Source: Candidatus Nomurabacteria bacterium (GTDB lineage: Bacteria; Patescibacteriota; Minisyncoccia; Phycocordibacterales; UBA918). Taken from it: 64,000 nucleotides of DNA. A program made the translations under genes and the position numbers. This document shows positions 9,353 through 19,395 of the stretch, piece by piece (within the stretch, counting starts at the first letter, position 1; each line of letters begins with the position of its first letter). The stretch is from positions 75,454-139,453 of the forward strand of contig JACKGH010000002.1 in NCBI GenBank assembly GCA_020632075.1, read 5' to 3'. The notes beneath the pieces were generated by a model. The model saw only the letters and a list, made by a program, of their open reading frames with translations, searched no databases and was not told the DNA's origin.

Positions 9353-10207
9353 CTACTGTTGCACACAGTACTCATCCAAGACATCTTTTAGATCTGGACG
9401 ATCCGCTGCGTAGGTAAGGATGGCTCGCAGATAGTTCTCTGGGTCCCCGGTAGTGATCCAAGCACCACCCTCAACCGCTTTTGCCAGGAATCTCCCCCCT
9501 TCAGCGATGTAGTTCTTGACCGCATCTACGATCCACAATTCATCTCCTTTCCCTCGCTCGGTACGCGCCAAGATATCCACGATCTCTCGGTTAAGGATCA
9601 TCCGACCAAAGCCGGCGTGTCGCGATGGTGCATGTGCTTTATCTGGCTTTTCAATGATATCTTCAAGCTCAAGACCGTCTTCACGGTACTTCACGATACC
9701 GTATTTCTCCACATCAGCTTCAGCCACTTCCTGCACACCGATCATCGGAGCTTGTTCTTTTTTGTATAGTTCAACCAGCTGCTTCGTGAACGAGACTTCA
9801 CTCTTCACCAGATCGTCTCCAAAAGCATAGACGAACGGTTCATCACCGATCAGATTTGCTGCTGAAAGCAAGGGCGTACCGTTTCCGTACGGCCCCTTCT
9901 GTCGCACGTATACGAAGTTCGCCATTTCTGAAATCCGACGCACTTCAGCCAAACGTCTTTCTTTACCAGTCTTTTCAAGACTACGCTCAAGTTCAAACGA
10001 TCGATCGAAGTGATCCTCAAGTGGCTTTTTGTCCCACCGGGTCACCATGATGATATCTTTGATCCCCGCCTCAACCAACTCTTCTACCAAATACTGAATG
10101 ATCGGCTTATCAATGATCGGCAACATTTCCTTCGGCTGCGATTTGGTAGCAGGAAGCAGACGAGTCCCCGAACCAGCAACAGCAATAACAGCTTTCGTAA
10201 TATTCAT
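9353..10207 (-). CDS. galU: UTP--glucose-1-phosphate uridylyltransferase
   Basis: AVIAVAGSGTRLLPATKSQPKEMLPIIDKPIIQY N-terminal signature. A TATAAT box sits 14 nt upstream of the ATG. Confidence 0.85.
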   Translation of the reverse strand: MNITKAVIAVAGSGTRLLPATKSQPKEMLPIIDKPIIQYLVEELVEAGIKDIIMVTRWDKKPLEDHFDRSFELERSLEKTGKERRLAEVRRISEMANFVYVRQKGPYGNGTPLLSAANLIGDEPFVYAFGDDLVKSEVSFTKQLVELYKKEQAPMIGVQEVAEADVEKYGIVKYREDGLELEDIIEKPDKAHAPSRHAGFGRMILNREIVDILARTERGKGDELWIVDAVKNYIAEGGRFLAKAVEGGAWITTGDPENYLRAILTYAADRPDLKDVLDEYCVQQ

Positions 10208-10248
10208 AGAGTGGTCACATTATACTGCATCATGCCGAGCAGACAAAA

Positions 10249-10268
10249 GCCCCACTTGCAGGGGGCTT
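10249..10268 (-). terminator. terminator of the membrane-protein gene
   Basis: gcccc acttgca ggggc followed by tttt on the minus strand. Confidence 0.45.
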
Positions 10269-10288
10269 TGAAAACGTGCACGGTTACC

Positions 10289-10621
10289 TTACATTGCGCT
10301 TTTTTGTTTTTCCTTCAGATAGAGATAGCGAGCAGATTCACAGACTGCCATCGTTGCTAACGGTGGCCCCAAAAACACACTCGATCCCAACACTACCCAT
10401 CCGGTCAATTCAAGCTCGATGAACCCAAATTGCCACATTACGACAACGAGCAAACCGACGGCCCAAGCCGCGATGATCATGAACCATAGCAGTATCACGT
10501 CGCCTGGCCGTAAGCGGATGTACCGGTTTGTGCTATGGAACACATACGTGATCCGTAACTTTGCATAAAGCATAACCATCGCATGAGCTGCCATTAACGG
10601 CAGATTCGTTAGCGCTTTCAA
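10289..10621 (-). CDS. hypothetical membrane protein (110 aa)
   Basis: Two TM helices, no recognisable motif. Confidence 0.4.
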   Translation of the reverse strand: MKALTNLPLMAAHAMVMLYAKLRITYVFHSTNRYIRLRPGDVILLWFMIIAAWAVGLLVVVMWQFGFIELELTGWVVLGSSVFLGPPLATMAVCESARYLYLKEKQKSAM

Positions 10622-10690
10622 GGCATTCTCCTAAGTGATAACCTGCGACAACCATACAAGACAATACTAAAATTAACAACCCAGGCAGAC

Positions 10691-10735
10691 AAAAGAAAAG
10701 CGGCCTGACATTTTGTCAGGCCGCTTTTCTTTTCT
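10691..10735. terminator. bidirectional hairpin
   Basis: gaaaagcggcctgac atttt gtcaggccgcttttc with T/A runs on both sides. Confidence 0.5.
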
Positions 10736-10964
10736 TGTTGCAGAGATACGTCAGCATTGGAATCAAGTACTTGAATCACTGGAGAATCTAAGACTCTAAG
10801 TTACAGCAGACAGCGAAACCGGTAAGACGGGGGTATGGGGGCATTGTTCTGAAAAGCAGTTATGTAATTACGGTGACAAATTCCTACTGTTCAAAGTAAT
10901 CTCTCAGTACATTTTGATTACTACGATAGAGTGAGCTTAAGCGGGATTTATATAGAAGTAAAAA

Positions 10965-11549
10965 TTAATTAAGTTTTTCACCTCTATTTTTCAAGAATTG
11001 CTCTACTGAAGCGACCGTATTTTTAGTAGTAGAACTAGAAAAATTATGTGATTTTACTGGATCAATTGCTTTTCCTAGAAATTCTTCATATTCAGCATCA
11101 AGTATTACATTTGGTTTGACTGATCGAATTTTTTCTAGAAATTCATGTAGCTTTTTGTCATTAAATCCATATTCGTTAATGGCTACATGTTTTAGATGGT
11201 CACCTTCCTCAACATACAACAACATTTTAATTCCAAAGCCCGGTATGACCATTCTTGGTACTCGTAATATATACTTAACTTCAGGCAAACGCACTTCAAC
11301 TTTTTTGAATGAATCATGCCAATTAATAATGATGTTCATGTTGTCTACAATTTTTACGTACATATTGGTACTAAGAAGATAAACATAGACAGTAGCCACT
11401 ATCATTCCTCCGACAACTGGTATTGCACCTTCCGTGAACAAGTGGCCTCTCTGAGCACCAACAACAGTAAAGAAACTGAATATTGCAACAACGAGCCAGA
11501 AAATGAACATTGACGGTTTATATACCTTTGTATTCATTACTTTATCCAT
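10965..11549 (-). CDS. candidate immunity protein for the RHS C-terminal toxin: two N-terminal TM helices plus a soluble domain
   Basis: Starts 6 nt downstream of the RHS gene. About 33 % GC against about 50 % genome. This is the classic polymorphic-toxin/immunity position. Confidence 0.5.
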   Translation of the reverse strand: MDKVMNTKVYKPSMFIFWLVVAIFSFFTVVGAQRGHLFTEGAIPVVGGMIVATVYVYLLSTNMYVKIVDNMNIIINWHDSFKKVEVRLPEVKYILRVPRMVIPGFGIKMLLYVEEGDHLKHVAINEYGFNDKKLHEFLEKIRSVKPNVILDAEYEEFLGKAIDPVKSHNFSSSTTKNTVASVEQFLKNRGEKLN

Positions 11550-11554
11550 AAATC

Positions 11555-14500
11555 TTAATTATCATCCCCGTCATCTCTTTCTAGAGATTTGTATGCTCCT
11601 ATAGTAACACTCAGTTCAAATGTACCTTGTATAACCTGCCCGGCAAATCCAGCTTTATTACCAACAGGAGAAGTAGTCAATGCAGTTTCAAATAGGAATC
11701 CCGCCGTACCACCTGCACCAGATGCTCCAACTTGCGAGCCACTTACTTTTCCATCAAACAGGTAACTCTCTGCTGCGGCAGCAGCTGGTCCAACAACCAA
11801 AGGACCTGATTTTTTAATAGCGGCTGATCCCGCAGTTCCCATGCCAAACAGATAACTACTTCCAGATTCTAGTGGACCGCCGTCAAACGATCCATCCTGC
11901 TTATCAACGTATCCACTAAAGGCAGCATTTGAGATTCCAGTTACTGCAGCTGATCTGGCCATCTGAGTTGATATTGGAACACCAAGTTCTGGGGCAGCTA
12001 AAGTTAGAGCCGCCAAACCAGCTACTGTATAAACTGCTTGTGCCTGTGGTGAAGTAGCAGCGTTCACTGCAGTCTGTCCAGCTTGTTGATAACTCCTTGT
12101 CTCTCGACTGATGTACCCACCAGACAAGTTATCAACTCTTTGCATATTACCCCAGAACATTGCACTGCTTTCTCCATTTGGATCAAACTTGATCAACGGA
12201 TTATTTTCAACATACGAGTAGCTATTCAGTTTCTGAGGATTGGTGAGTAGGTTTGGTTTATCTAATCTGATATGCAATGGGTCCTGAGAAGTGAAGCGTC
12301 CTGTATCGCCGGCGTAATACCTTGCTCCCATGTAGCTCAAATCCGTCTCATCATCGTACTCATGTCCCGTAAACCGCTTGGTCTGATTCTGGTTTCCATA
12401 CTGAGCATCAATCCTTGTAGCTCCAAACGGGTAGTAATCGAGAACTTGAGCGGTGTAACCGATTCCGTCAGTTACCACCCTCGTTGAATTAAGATGGTCT
12501 AAGTGATTGTGGTATGTGAGTGCTCCTGCGCCACTTCCCTCCACAGTTGCTACTAACATGTCTCCAGCGTAAATATGCTTGGTAGTCGTCCCAGTATCGG
12601 TGATCTCGTAGTTAGCGAAAGGATAATAAGTCGTTCCTTCGGAAGTGATCTTGAAGACACGTGAGCCGTTGTGATCATATCCATAGCTGGTCGTAGCAGT
12701 TCCCTCATCTGATTCGACAAGCTGATTGCGGTAATTCCAAGTGTTTGTGGTACTAGCACTAGTAGACGCTAAGTTACCATTTTTATCGTAGGTGTACGTA
12801 ACCCCGTTAATAGCTGTAGCGGCGTGAGGGTTGGCATACCCTGTTTCCGCATACGTATACGAACCTTGGTCAGATTTACTCAGGATGTTTCCGATTGGAC
12901 TATACGTATATGTACGACTATACGGAGTAGTTGTAGCTAAGGTGGTAGAAGCACTGGTGAGACGATACAGATCATCGTAGCCATAGGTAGTAGTTGCAGA
13001 ACTTACAACACCAGAGGAATCAGCGATTTGAGTAATATTTCCAACCGAATCGTATACATAGTTAACTCTTTGAACCACTTCATAAAGAGCGTATGGGTCA
13101 GTGCCTGTCGCCAGAACAAAAGTTGCTGTTGAAGTGCTCCAAATACCCTCTTCGTCCTCGTCATCCCAGAATTTAATTCTCCAGTAGTACAGTGTACTCG
13201 AAGCTAATGTTGAACCTCCGTAGGAAATACTAGGAGTTGTACTCCCTTGTGACGTAGTGGCGAGTGCTGTTTTACCACTGTCCCAAATTGTACTGCCAAA
13301 CCCGCTATCATCATCAACTTGAATCTGATAGTTTACCGCTTGATCACCTGAATCAGGATCATTGTAAACTGCAGTAAATTCGGGTGCACTATCTGAAACG
13401 GCTGTTGGATTTGCGCTACCTTCTGTCTTAAGTTCTGTTGGTGATGTCGGTGCCTGATTGTTAAGTGTGTATTCAGCATACATCGTTAATCGAATACTTG
13501 AAACTTGTGTGGCAGTGAAGCTGCTTGGCCATCCTTCAAAGCTTCCTCCAGTCTCATACTTGTACGCGTTTGATACAGAGTCGTAGTAATCAACTGAAGG
13601 GATCTGAGGCCAATACATAATCCAATATGGAGTACTCCCTGTAACACTGAGATTGATATTACTACTAATCCAAGCAGGTGTAGTAGTTATAGTTTGATTC
13701 CCAGTATCAACTGCCAATCTTGAGTTTGGCGACCCACTTGAGTCCGAATAGATAGCAGTTCCAATCACAGTTGAACCGGACTTCTGTTTTCTTGTGTAAA
13801 CCTTTATTGAACTAACTGTACCAGACTGTCCAGGAGTACCCTTAATGCCACCATAGTCTTTCCCTGAATGTACTGACAAACTCCCCCCGATTGAAGTATC
13901 TCCGAAGGTAGGGTCAACGAAAACTGGGTACTCAGCTGTGTCTAGAAATTCCTGTGGAACTGTGACTATCAACTCACCATCTACAATAGATAAAGCGCCC
14001 CATACTTCGTCACCACTCGAATCTGCAATCTTAGGTCTGTATATATGGAACACTTTTCCTGCACCATAATTAACCCCTCCAAGCACATGTCCACTCAACT
14101 CTTTGTGATAGACAGCGTATGATCCAACGATGTTCTCTGGCCTTTCTTTTCCTTCACCAATCTCCTCTTCTGTTAATTCAGGTTGATAGAAGAAATCAAG
14201 ATTTTCATACCCACTTAAAGAGAATCTGAATTTGTTACTGTCAGGCTTTTCTGCTAAAACTACCTCGATCTCTAGACCTCCGTTTTCCATCTGTTCATCG
14301 CTAGACAAAGGATACACATGGACCTCCTTTGATTGATCTTGGTTCTTCCAGCGAATAAGATTTCCGGCACTGAAGTCTGCTTCTTGAATAGAAATGTCAT
14401 TGTAACTGATTGAGAAGTCAACTTTTTCATTCCATTTTTTAAAACTCACTTCTGGTCGATTCTTTGCAACCTCAACTTCTAAACCATTTACCTTACTAAG

Positions 14501-17500
14501 AGCGAGTTTGCCTCCCAACTCTTTGAAATCAGCCTTGTCAGCCTTTGAATCAGAAACATAAGTTGCTCTCTTATCAATTTTGTTGATTTGACCAGCAGCA
14601 GTAGACTTGCTCTCTTTAGTCTGTTGGCTAACCACATCAATTACATTGCCACTTGAAGTAGAGGTTGTAGCAAAAACTACAGGGACTGTTGTTGTAGAAG
14701 TTGTTGATTTTTCTTGTACGATGTTAAGCCCGTCACTATTTCCTGTTTCTGAAACACCCCAAACTATCTCAGGATTTTCATCCGCCACTTGGCTTTCTCC
14801 TAAATCCAGATTGTCATGTGGAGATGTATCAGAAGAGATTGATCCTGAAGACAAAAGCTCAAAATCAGGAGAGTCTAGCAGCAGCATGATTTCGACCATT
14901 TCCTCACCAGGACCACCAGAACCAGCGGTAGAGGTTGCGGTGGTAACAATAGAGCTGAGGCGATACAACTCACTAGCATCATACGTCTTCGTTGTCGTAG
15001 CACCATTGCTGTGTACTTGCTGTGTAATCAAGTCATGTGGACCATACTCAAAGTTATTCACCACATCAGCAAACGAGCCCCCGCTTTCTCGTTGTTCAAC
15101 CTTTTCAAGCTTATTGGCTTTATTATAGGTGTATCTGACCTCAGAGTCATCTGGATAAGTGAGTAGAGTTTGATTGCCTAATCGGTCGTATTCATATTCA
15201 GTTGCGTATTCAGTACCAGCAATAGTCTTTGTCTCAGTATCAATTAATCCGTTTGGTGTGTAGGTGTAGGTTGTGGTGGCGCTTTCGTTTGCAACAAAAC
15301 ATAGCTGTGAAGCACCATTGGTACAGTTATCGTAGACGTATGTCACGTCAGTATAGCCAGTACCGAGATAATCTTCCGTCAGTACCCGATTCACACCATC
15401 GTACGTGTAGTTCACCACTTGCCCCTTCGGGTCAGTGGTAGAAGACACATTGCCAGCATCGTCATAACTAAACAGCCATGTTCCGTAATCTGTGTCAGAT
15501 GTATCATGCAAGTCTTCCAGTGAGGTGCGCCGAGACAAGCCGTCATAAGTCAGATTGCGAACATTGCCAGCAGCATCAGTTATCTTGATTAAGTCACCCC
15601 TTGCGTTCCAGTCGTAAACAGTATCGTATGAACTAACTCCTTCCTCTTCAGTAACTAGAGTTAGACGTCCATAGGCATCATACTCGAAGATCTTGTCATT
15701 GCTCGCTGCATCAGTAACTGTTTCTTGCCACTGGTCGTAGCTAGTGCTGGTAGTACCAACTACTGTCCCAACAGCCGTAATGCGAGCCAAAGCATCATAA
15801 ACATAGCTCGTCATCAAATCTCCGTCGGTGGTAGCATTGGTGCTGGTAGTACCAGTACTGAAGTAAGGGAGAGACTCAGCCTTCAAGAGACCATTGTCGC
15901 CATATATATAGTCACGTACTGCGTACTGAGTACTTCCTTCAGCTTCGACTCTTTCTTGGATCACCTGACCAAAACCATCATAATAAGTGTATTTACTATG
16001 TGAAGTTGAACCGTCGAGGTAATCGGTCTGTTGCACACTTATCGCCCCAGCAGTATCAGTGTATGTATAAGCTGCAATTTGCACTTGGCTACCAGTCTGA
16101 GGGTCAGGCATATACTTCGCTGTTGGTCGACCAAAGCCATCATAGATAGTGACAAACACTTCTCCATTTGCGTTGGTAGTCGTACCTACCTGACCAGTAC
16201 GATAATCATACTCATACTGAGTGTTGTGTCCTTCAGCATCAGTAGTTGAAGCAACGAATAGATTGTATGTGTCGTAAGCAAAAAGCGTGACGTTGCTATT
16301 AGGGTCGGTCTTAGTGAGAATGTTACCGTACGAATCATAAGTCAACTCTGTATCCACATAAGTGGAGCCAATAACCCAATCTTGTTGTTTGGTAAGATTT
16401 CCTGTCGTAACCGAACCGAGAGATTGATTGTCGTAGTAGTACCTAGATTCTTGAACCTTGGTGCTTGAGTCATCCTCAACCGTGATTTTGGATGGGAGTA
16501 CCAAGTCACTGCTCGTTGCATATTCATAGGTAGTTTCGCGATCGTCGGTTCCAGTATCTGTAAAAGTACCGTCAGTACTACCGCTAACTTCTCCCCACTC
16601 TGTCTTGGTTAACATCGAGCCATGATCACCACTATATATATACGAATTAGCGGAGGCTTTCTTATCACTGTCGCCATCATAGTCGAGCTGCAAATCACTC
16701 TCAAGTTTGACAAAAGTGCTACTGCTACTAAGGGAGGACGTGGCGTAATTGTATCGATTTAGTTGATAAAGGTTATCTGAAAGGTCAGTCTTTTCAGTAC
16801 GATACGCAACACCGAAGAGTGCTTCACCATCAATTTCTTCTTCTGATGACGTAGCGGCTTCATTCCCTTGATGGTAATACGTAATTTCTTTTCCTAAATC
16901 TGTAGTCTTTGTTACTTTACCGAAACCAACAAATCGATGGTCGTAAATGTCGTTCCGGTCTAAATAGTAGTATGCACCCTCATAGACATACTCATCTGTA
17001 GTTTCAGTAACTGACGATGTTTTGGTTACAGACTTTACAACCTGAAGTGAGATTGGAACTGTATTGTCTGTACTTGATTGCCAAAGTGGCTGATACTCGA
17101 TAACTGTCGCGGTGTCAGACACAGGATCAGTTATTGTCGCGAGTCGGAAGTCAGGACCTGGATTCAAATATACACGCATGTTGGATGAGGTGTATTGATA
17201 GGCAATGTCGGCCAGGCCGTCACCGTTAAAGTCAGCTATACGAGCATTCAACCCATCAGAAACATCAGACGACAAGTAAATCGGTGACGGCAGGCCAGGG
17301 AAACTCGATATGGTTGCACCCCAACCCGTTCCCGTATTCAGGCTCACACTAAGAGCACTACTGCCGTATGTACTCTGAAACCCGTTCACCTTATCAGCTA
17401 GACCATCACCATTGAAATCAAAATACTGTTGGGTGATGCCGTTGTTGTGGTCGACGTAAGAAGAATGATCTAAAGACGTCTCATGTTCAAAACCCCCTCC

Positions 17501-19093
17501 ACCACTATTAAGGTAAACCCACATCTGGCTGGTGGTGTACTGGTAAGCAATGTCAGCTAATCCATCACCGTTAAAGTCAGCTACTCGGGCGTTGTGGCCG
17601 TCCACCGTATCTGATGAAAAATACACCGTTGACGGCAAGCCTGACAGGAAACTCGATGATGCCGTTTCCCAACCCGTTCCCGTATTCAGGCTCACACTAA
17701 GAGCACTACTGCCGCTGTCACTCTGGAAAGCATTCACCTTATCAGCTAGACCATCACCATTGAAATCAAAATACTGTTGGGTGATGCCGTTACTACTATC
17801 AACATTCGCGGAATGGTTTAGTGATGATTCGTACTCAAAAGTATTTTCACCCGCGTTAAGGTAAACCCGCATCTGGCTGGTGGTGTACTGGTAAGCAATG
17901 TCAGCTAATCCATCACCGTTAAAGTCAGCTACTCGGGCGTTGTGGCCGTCTGGATCATCGGACGATAGATAGATTGGTGACGGCAAGCCAGGGAAGGTTG
18001 ACGTTGCCCCAACCCATCCACTACCATTACCAAAAATCACTCCAAGTGCATTGCTACCATAGCTACTTTCGAACCCGTTCACTCTATCAACCAAACCATC
18101 ACCATTGAAATCAAAATACTGTTGGGTGATGCCGTCATTATGATCAACATTCGCGGAGTGATTTAGAGCACTTTGATAGACCCAATCACCTGTACCTGCT
18201 CCATACTCAAACACGACAGCCGGCTTGGCCACATCAGTTGTTGGTGTAATGGAGTTTAACCGACCATCACTGTAAGACAGATCGTAAGTAGCAAACGTGT
18301 CACCGCTTTTTTTAACCTCTATCTTACTGATGTGATCCCCAGTATAAACTCGAAACCCTGACCTATAACTAATCCCACGTTTTGACGAACTCGCAACTGT
18401 AAATACTACGGTATACGGACCATAGGAAATGGTCGACGGATATAATTGCCCATCGCTATTAATATAGGTGTAGCTTATTTCATTTCCGTTACTATCAGTA
18501 CTACTGGCGAGATACCATCTGTAGATACGATTCGGATCGTCTGGATCTGCCATATGGGAGGAGAAAATATGGGTAGTACCATCTTTATCTGTTGTCTCCC
18601 AGGTACTTTGATTTGGATGACTATATACTCGAAAATTACCAAAATCTACTTCGGGTCTGTAATCGCTGCCATCCGCAATCAATTCTCCATCTAAGGACGA
18701 AACAAAAACCGGATCATCATAAATCGTATTTACCCCCTTACGGCTTGAGAGACTAATGTATGGAATACTGTCCTTCCAAGCAGCACCATAAACACCAACC
18801 ACATTCTCTTCATGTGAATTGTACAAAAGCGACACTGTTGGAGTATGTCCATTAACGCCCGGAGGCAAAGCAATTTCATACTGATAATCAAAAGCGCCAG
18901 AAGCATTGTCGTACGATGACCAAAGTGAGACTGGCTGGACGGCGTTTTGTGTTGTTCTCGCAGGATCGCCAACTACAAGTGAAGCATGAGCAAAAGGTAT
19001 GTCACCAAATGGACCAATGAATAAAATGACCGCCAAGAATAAACTGGCGGTTTTAGTAAGAAACGGTTTGCGAATAGTGTTTTTGTAAGTCAT
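11555..19093 (-). CDS. secreted 2512-aa TcB/TcC-like polymorphic toxin: signal peptide, SpvB-like domain, three tandem FG-GAP/VCBS repeats, RHS/YD-repeat shell with an internal insert of about 600 aa, RHS core with DPxG autoproteolysis motif, and a 205-aa Gly/Ala-rich C-terminal variable domain
   Basis: SpvB-like block LPPGVNGHTPTVSLLYNS..GAAWKDSIPYISLSSRKG. Three repeats of about 110 aa with FDFNGDGLAD. Many YD repeats (YTYDSYGNILTKTD..). Core YYPFGATR...RFTGHEYDDETDLSYMGARYYAGDTGRFTSQDPL...NPLIKFDPNGE. Confidence 0.85.
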   Translation of the reverse strand: MTYKNTIRKPFLTKTASLFLAVILFIGPFGDIPFAHASLVVGDPARTTQNAVQPVSLWSSYDNASGAFDYQYEIALPPGVNGHTPTVSLLYNSHEENVVGVYGAAWKDSIPYISLSSRKGVNTIYDDPVFVSSLDGELIADGSDYRPEVDFGNFRVYSHPNQSTWETTDKDGTTHIFSSHMADPDDPNRIYRWYLASSTDSNGNEISYTYINSDGQLYPSTISYGPYTVVFTVASSSKRGISYRSGFRVYTGDHISKIEVKKSGDTFATYDLSYSDGRLNSITPTTDVAKPAVVFEYGAGTGDWVYQSALNHSANVDHNDGITQQYFDFNGDGLVDRVNGFESSYGSNALGVIFGNGSGWVGATSTFPGLPSPIYLSSDDPDGHNARVADFNGDGLADIAYQYTTSQMRVYLNAGENTFEYESSLNHSANVDSSNGITQQYFDFNGDGLADKVNAFQSDSGSSALSVSLNTGTGWETASSSFLSGLPSTVYFSSDTVDGHNARVADFNGDGLADIAYQYTTSQMWVYLNSGGGGFEHETSLDHSSYVDHNNGITQQYFDFNGDGLADKVNGFQSTYGSSALSVSLNTGTGWGATISSFPGLPSPIYLSSDVSDGLNARIADFNGDGLADIAYQYTSSNMRVYLNPGPDFRLATITDPVSDTATVIEYQPLWQSSTDNTVPISLQVVKSVTKTSSVTETTDEYVYEGAYYYLDRNDIYDHRFVGFGKVTKTTDLGKEITYYHQGNEAATSSEEEIDGEALFGVAYRTEKTDLSDNLYQLNRYNYATSSLSSSSTFVKLESDLQLDYDGDSDKKASANSYIYSGDHGSMLTKTEWGEVSGSTDGTFTDTGTDDRETTYEYATSSDLVLPSKITVEDDSSTKVQESRYYYDNQSLGSVTTGNLTKQQDWVIGSTYVDTELTYDSYGNILTKTDPNSNVTLFAYDTYNLFVASTTDAEGHNTQYEYDYRTGQVGTTTNANGEVFVTIYDGFGRPTAKYMPDPQTGSQVQIAAYTYTDTAGAISVQQTDYLDGSTSHSKYTYYDGFGQVIQERVEAEGSTQYAVRDYIYGDNGLLKAESLPYFSTGTTSTNATTDGDLMTSYVYDALARITAVGTVVGTTSTSYDQWQETVTDAASNDKIFEYDAYGRLTLVTEEEGVSSYDTVYDWNARGDLIKITDAAGNVRNLTYDGLSRRTSLEDLHDTSDTDYGTWLFSYDDAGNVSSTTDPKGQVVNYTYDGVNRVLTEDYLGTGYTDVTYVYDNCTNGASQLCFVANESATTTYTYTPNGLIDTETKTIAGTEYATEYEYDRLGNQTLLTYPDDSEVRYTYNKANKLEKVEQRESGGSFADVVNNFEYGPHDLITQQVHSNGATTTKTYDASELYRLSSIVTTATSTAGSGGPGEEMVEIMLLLDSPDFELLSSGSISSDTSPHDNLDLGESQVADENPEIVWGVSETGNSDGLNIVQEKSTTSTTTVPVVFATTSTSSGNVIDVVSQQTKESKSTAAGQINKIDKRATYVSDSKADKADFKELGGKLALSKVNGLEVEVAKNRPEVSFKKWNEKVDFSISYNDISIQEADFSAGNLIRWKNQDQSKEVHVYPLSSDEQMENGGLEIEVVLAEKPDSNKFRFSLSGYENLDFFYQPELTEEEIGEGKERPENIVGSYAVYHKELSGHVLGGVNYGAGKVFHIYRPKIADSSGDEVWGALSIVDGELIVTVPQEFLDTAEYPVFVDPTFGDTSIGGSLSVHSGKDYGGIKGTPGQSGTVSSIKVYTRKQKSGSTVIGTAIYSDSSGSPNSRLAVDTGNQTITTTPAWISSNINLSVTGSTPYWIMYWPQIPSVDYYDSVSNAYKYETGGSFEGWPSSFTATQVSSIRLTMYAEYTLNNQAPTSPTELKTEGSANPTAVSDSAPEFTAVYNDPDSGDQAVNYQIQVDDDSGFGSTIWDSGKTALATTSQGSTTPSISYGGSTLASSTLYYWRIKFWDDEDEEGIWSTSTATFVLATGTDPYALYEVVQRVNYVYDSVGNITQIADSSGVVSSATTTYGYDDLYRLTSASTTLATTTPYSRTYTYSPIGNILSKSDQGSYTYAETGYANPHAATAINGVTYTYDKNGNLASTSASTTNTWNYRNQLVESDEGTATTSYGYDHNGSRVFKITSEGTTYYPFANYEITDTGTTTKHIYAGDMLVATVEGSGAGALTYHNHLDHLNSTRVVTDGIGYTAQVLDYYPFGATRIDAQYGNQNQTKRFTGHEYDDETDLSYMGARYYAGDTGRFTSQDPLHIRLDKPNLLTNPQKLNSYSYVENNPLIKFDPNGESSAMFWGNMQRVDNLSGGYISRETRSYQQAGQTAVNAATSPQAQAVYTVAGLAALTLAAPELGVPISTQMARSAAVTGISNAAFSGYVDKQDGSFDGGPLESGSSYLFGMGTAGSAAIKKSGPLVVGPAAAAAESYLFDGKVSGSQVGASGAGGTAGFLFETALTTSPVGNKAGFAGQVIQGTFELSVTIGAYKSLERDDGDDN
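11558..12172 (-). other. C-terminal variable domain of the RHS protein (toxin tip), Gly/Ala-rich with GxxxG glycine-zipper-like runs
   Basis: Lies after DPNGE: ...GMGTAGSAAIKKSGPLVVGPAAAAAESYLFDGKVSGSQVGASGAGGTAGFLFETALTT... Confidence 0.5.
17230..18200 (-). repeat. three near-identical tandem repeats of about 330 bp inside the RHS gene (FG-GAP-like units)
   Basis: The protein repeats NHSANVD.N.GITQQYFDFNGDGL.D.VNGF.S.YGS.AL.V...G.GW...S.F.GLPS..Y.SSD..DG.NAR.ADFNGDGLADIAYQYT.S.M.VYLN three times. Nucleotide blocks are also near-identical. Confidence 0.7.
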
Positions 19094-19234
19094 GGGGAAA
19101 TAATGACATAGTGTTGATAAACTATTTCTAAAATATCAGACAAAAAGTTTCCGGCCAAACACTGAAAAAGTGGACAAGTTGTGAATAACAAAAAGCTGGG
19201 CATGTACACCCAACCTTTTGTCATACTAAATTTG

Positions 19235-19305
19235 TTGCGGGGCCCGGAATCGAACCGGGGTCTGGAGGTTATGAGCCTCCCGAGGTACCTCTCCTCTACC
19301 CCGCT
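19235..19305 (-). tRNA. tRNA-Met(CAT) with an A1·A72 mismatch (initiator-like feature)
   Basis: Reverse complement AGCGGGGTAGAGGAGAGGTACCTCGGGAGGCTCATAACCTCCAGACCCCGGTTCGATTCCGGGCCCCGCAA. Anticodon loop CTCATAA. Short 4-nt variable loop. No CCA encoded. Confidence 0.7.
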
Positions 19306-19395
19306 ATATATTTTCTTCTTAATTGCCTTTTACAAAGCAATTAACCAACTCGTGGCGTGGGTAAGAAAATACACTATTTTTGAGCACTTGGCAAG

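Noticed and set aside
12272-18972. Many ORFs of 60-170 aa on both strands inside the RHS gene
   Set aside because: They are shadow ORFs within a 7.5-kb gene whose own frame shows continuous YD-repeat and RHS-core homology.
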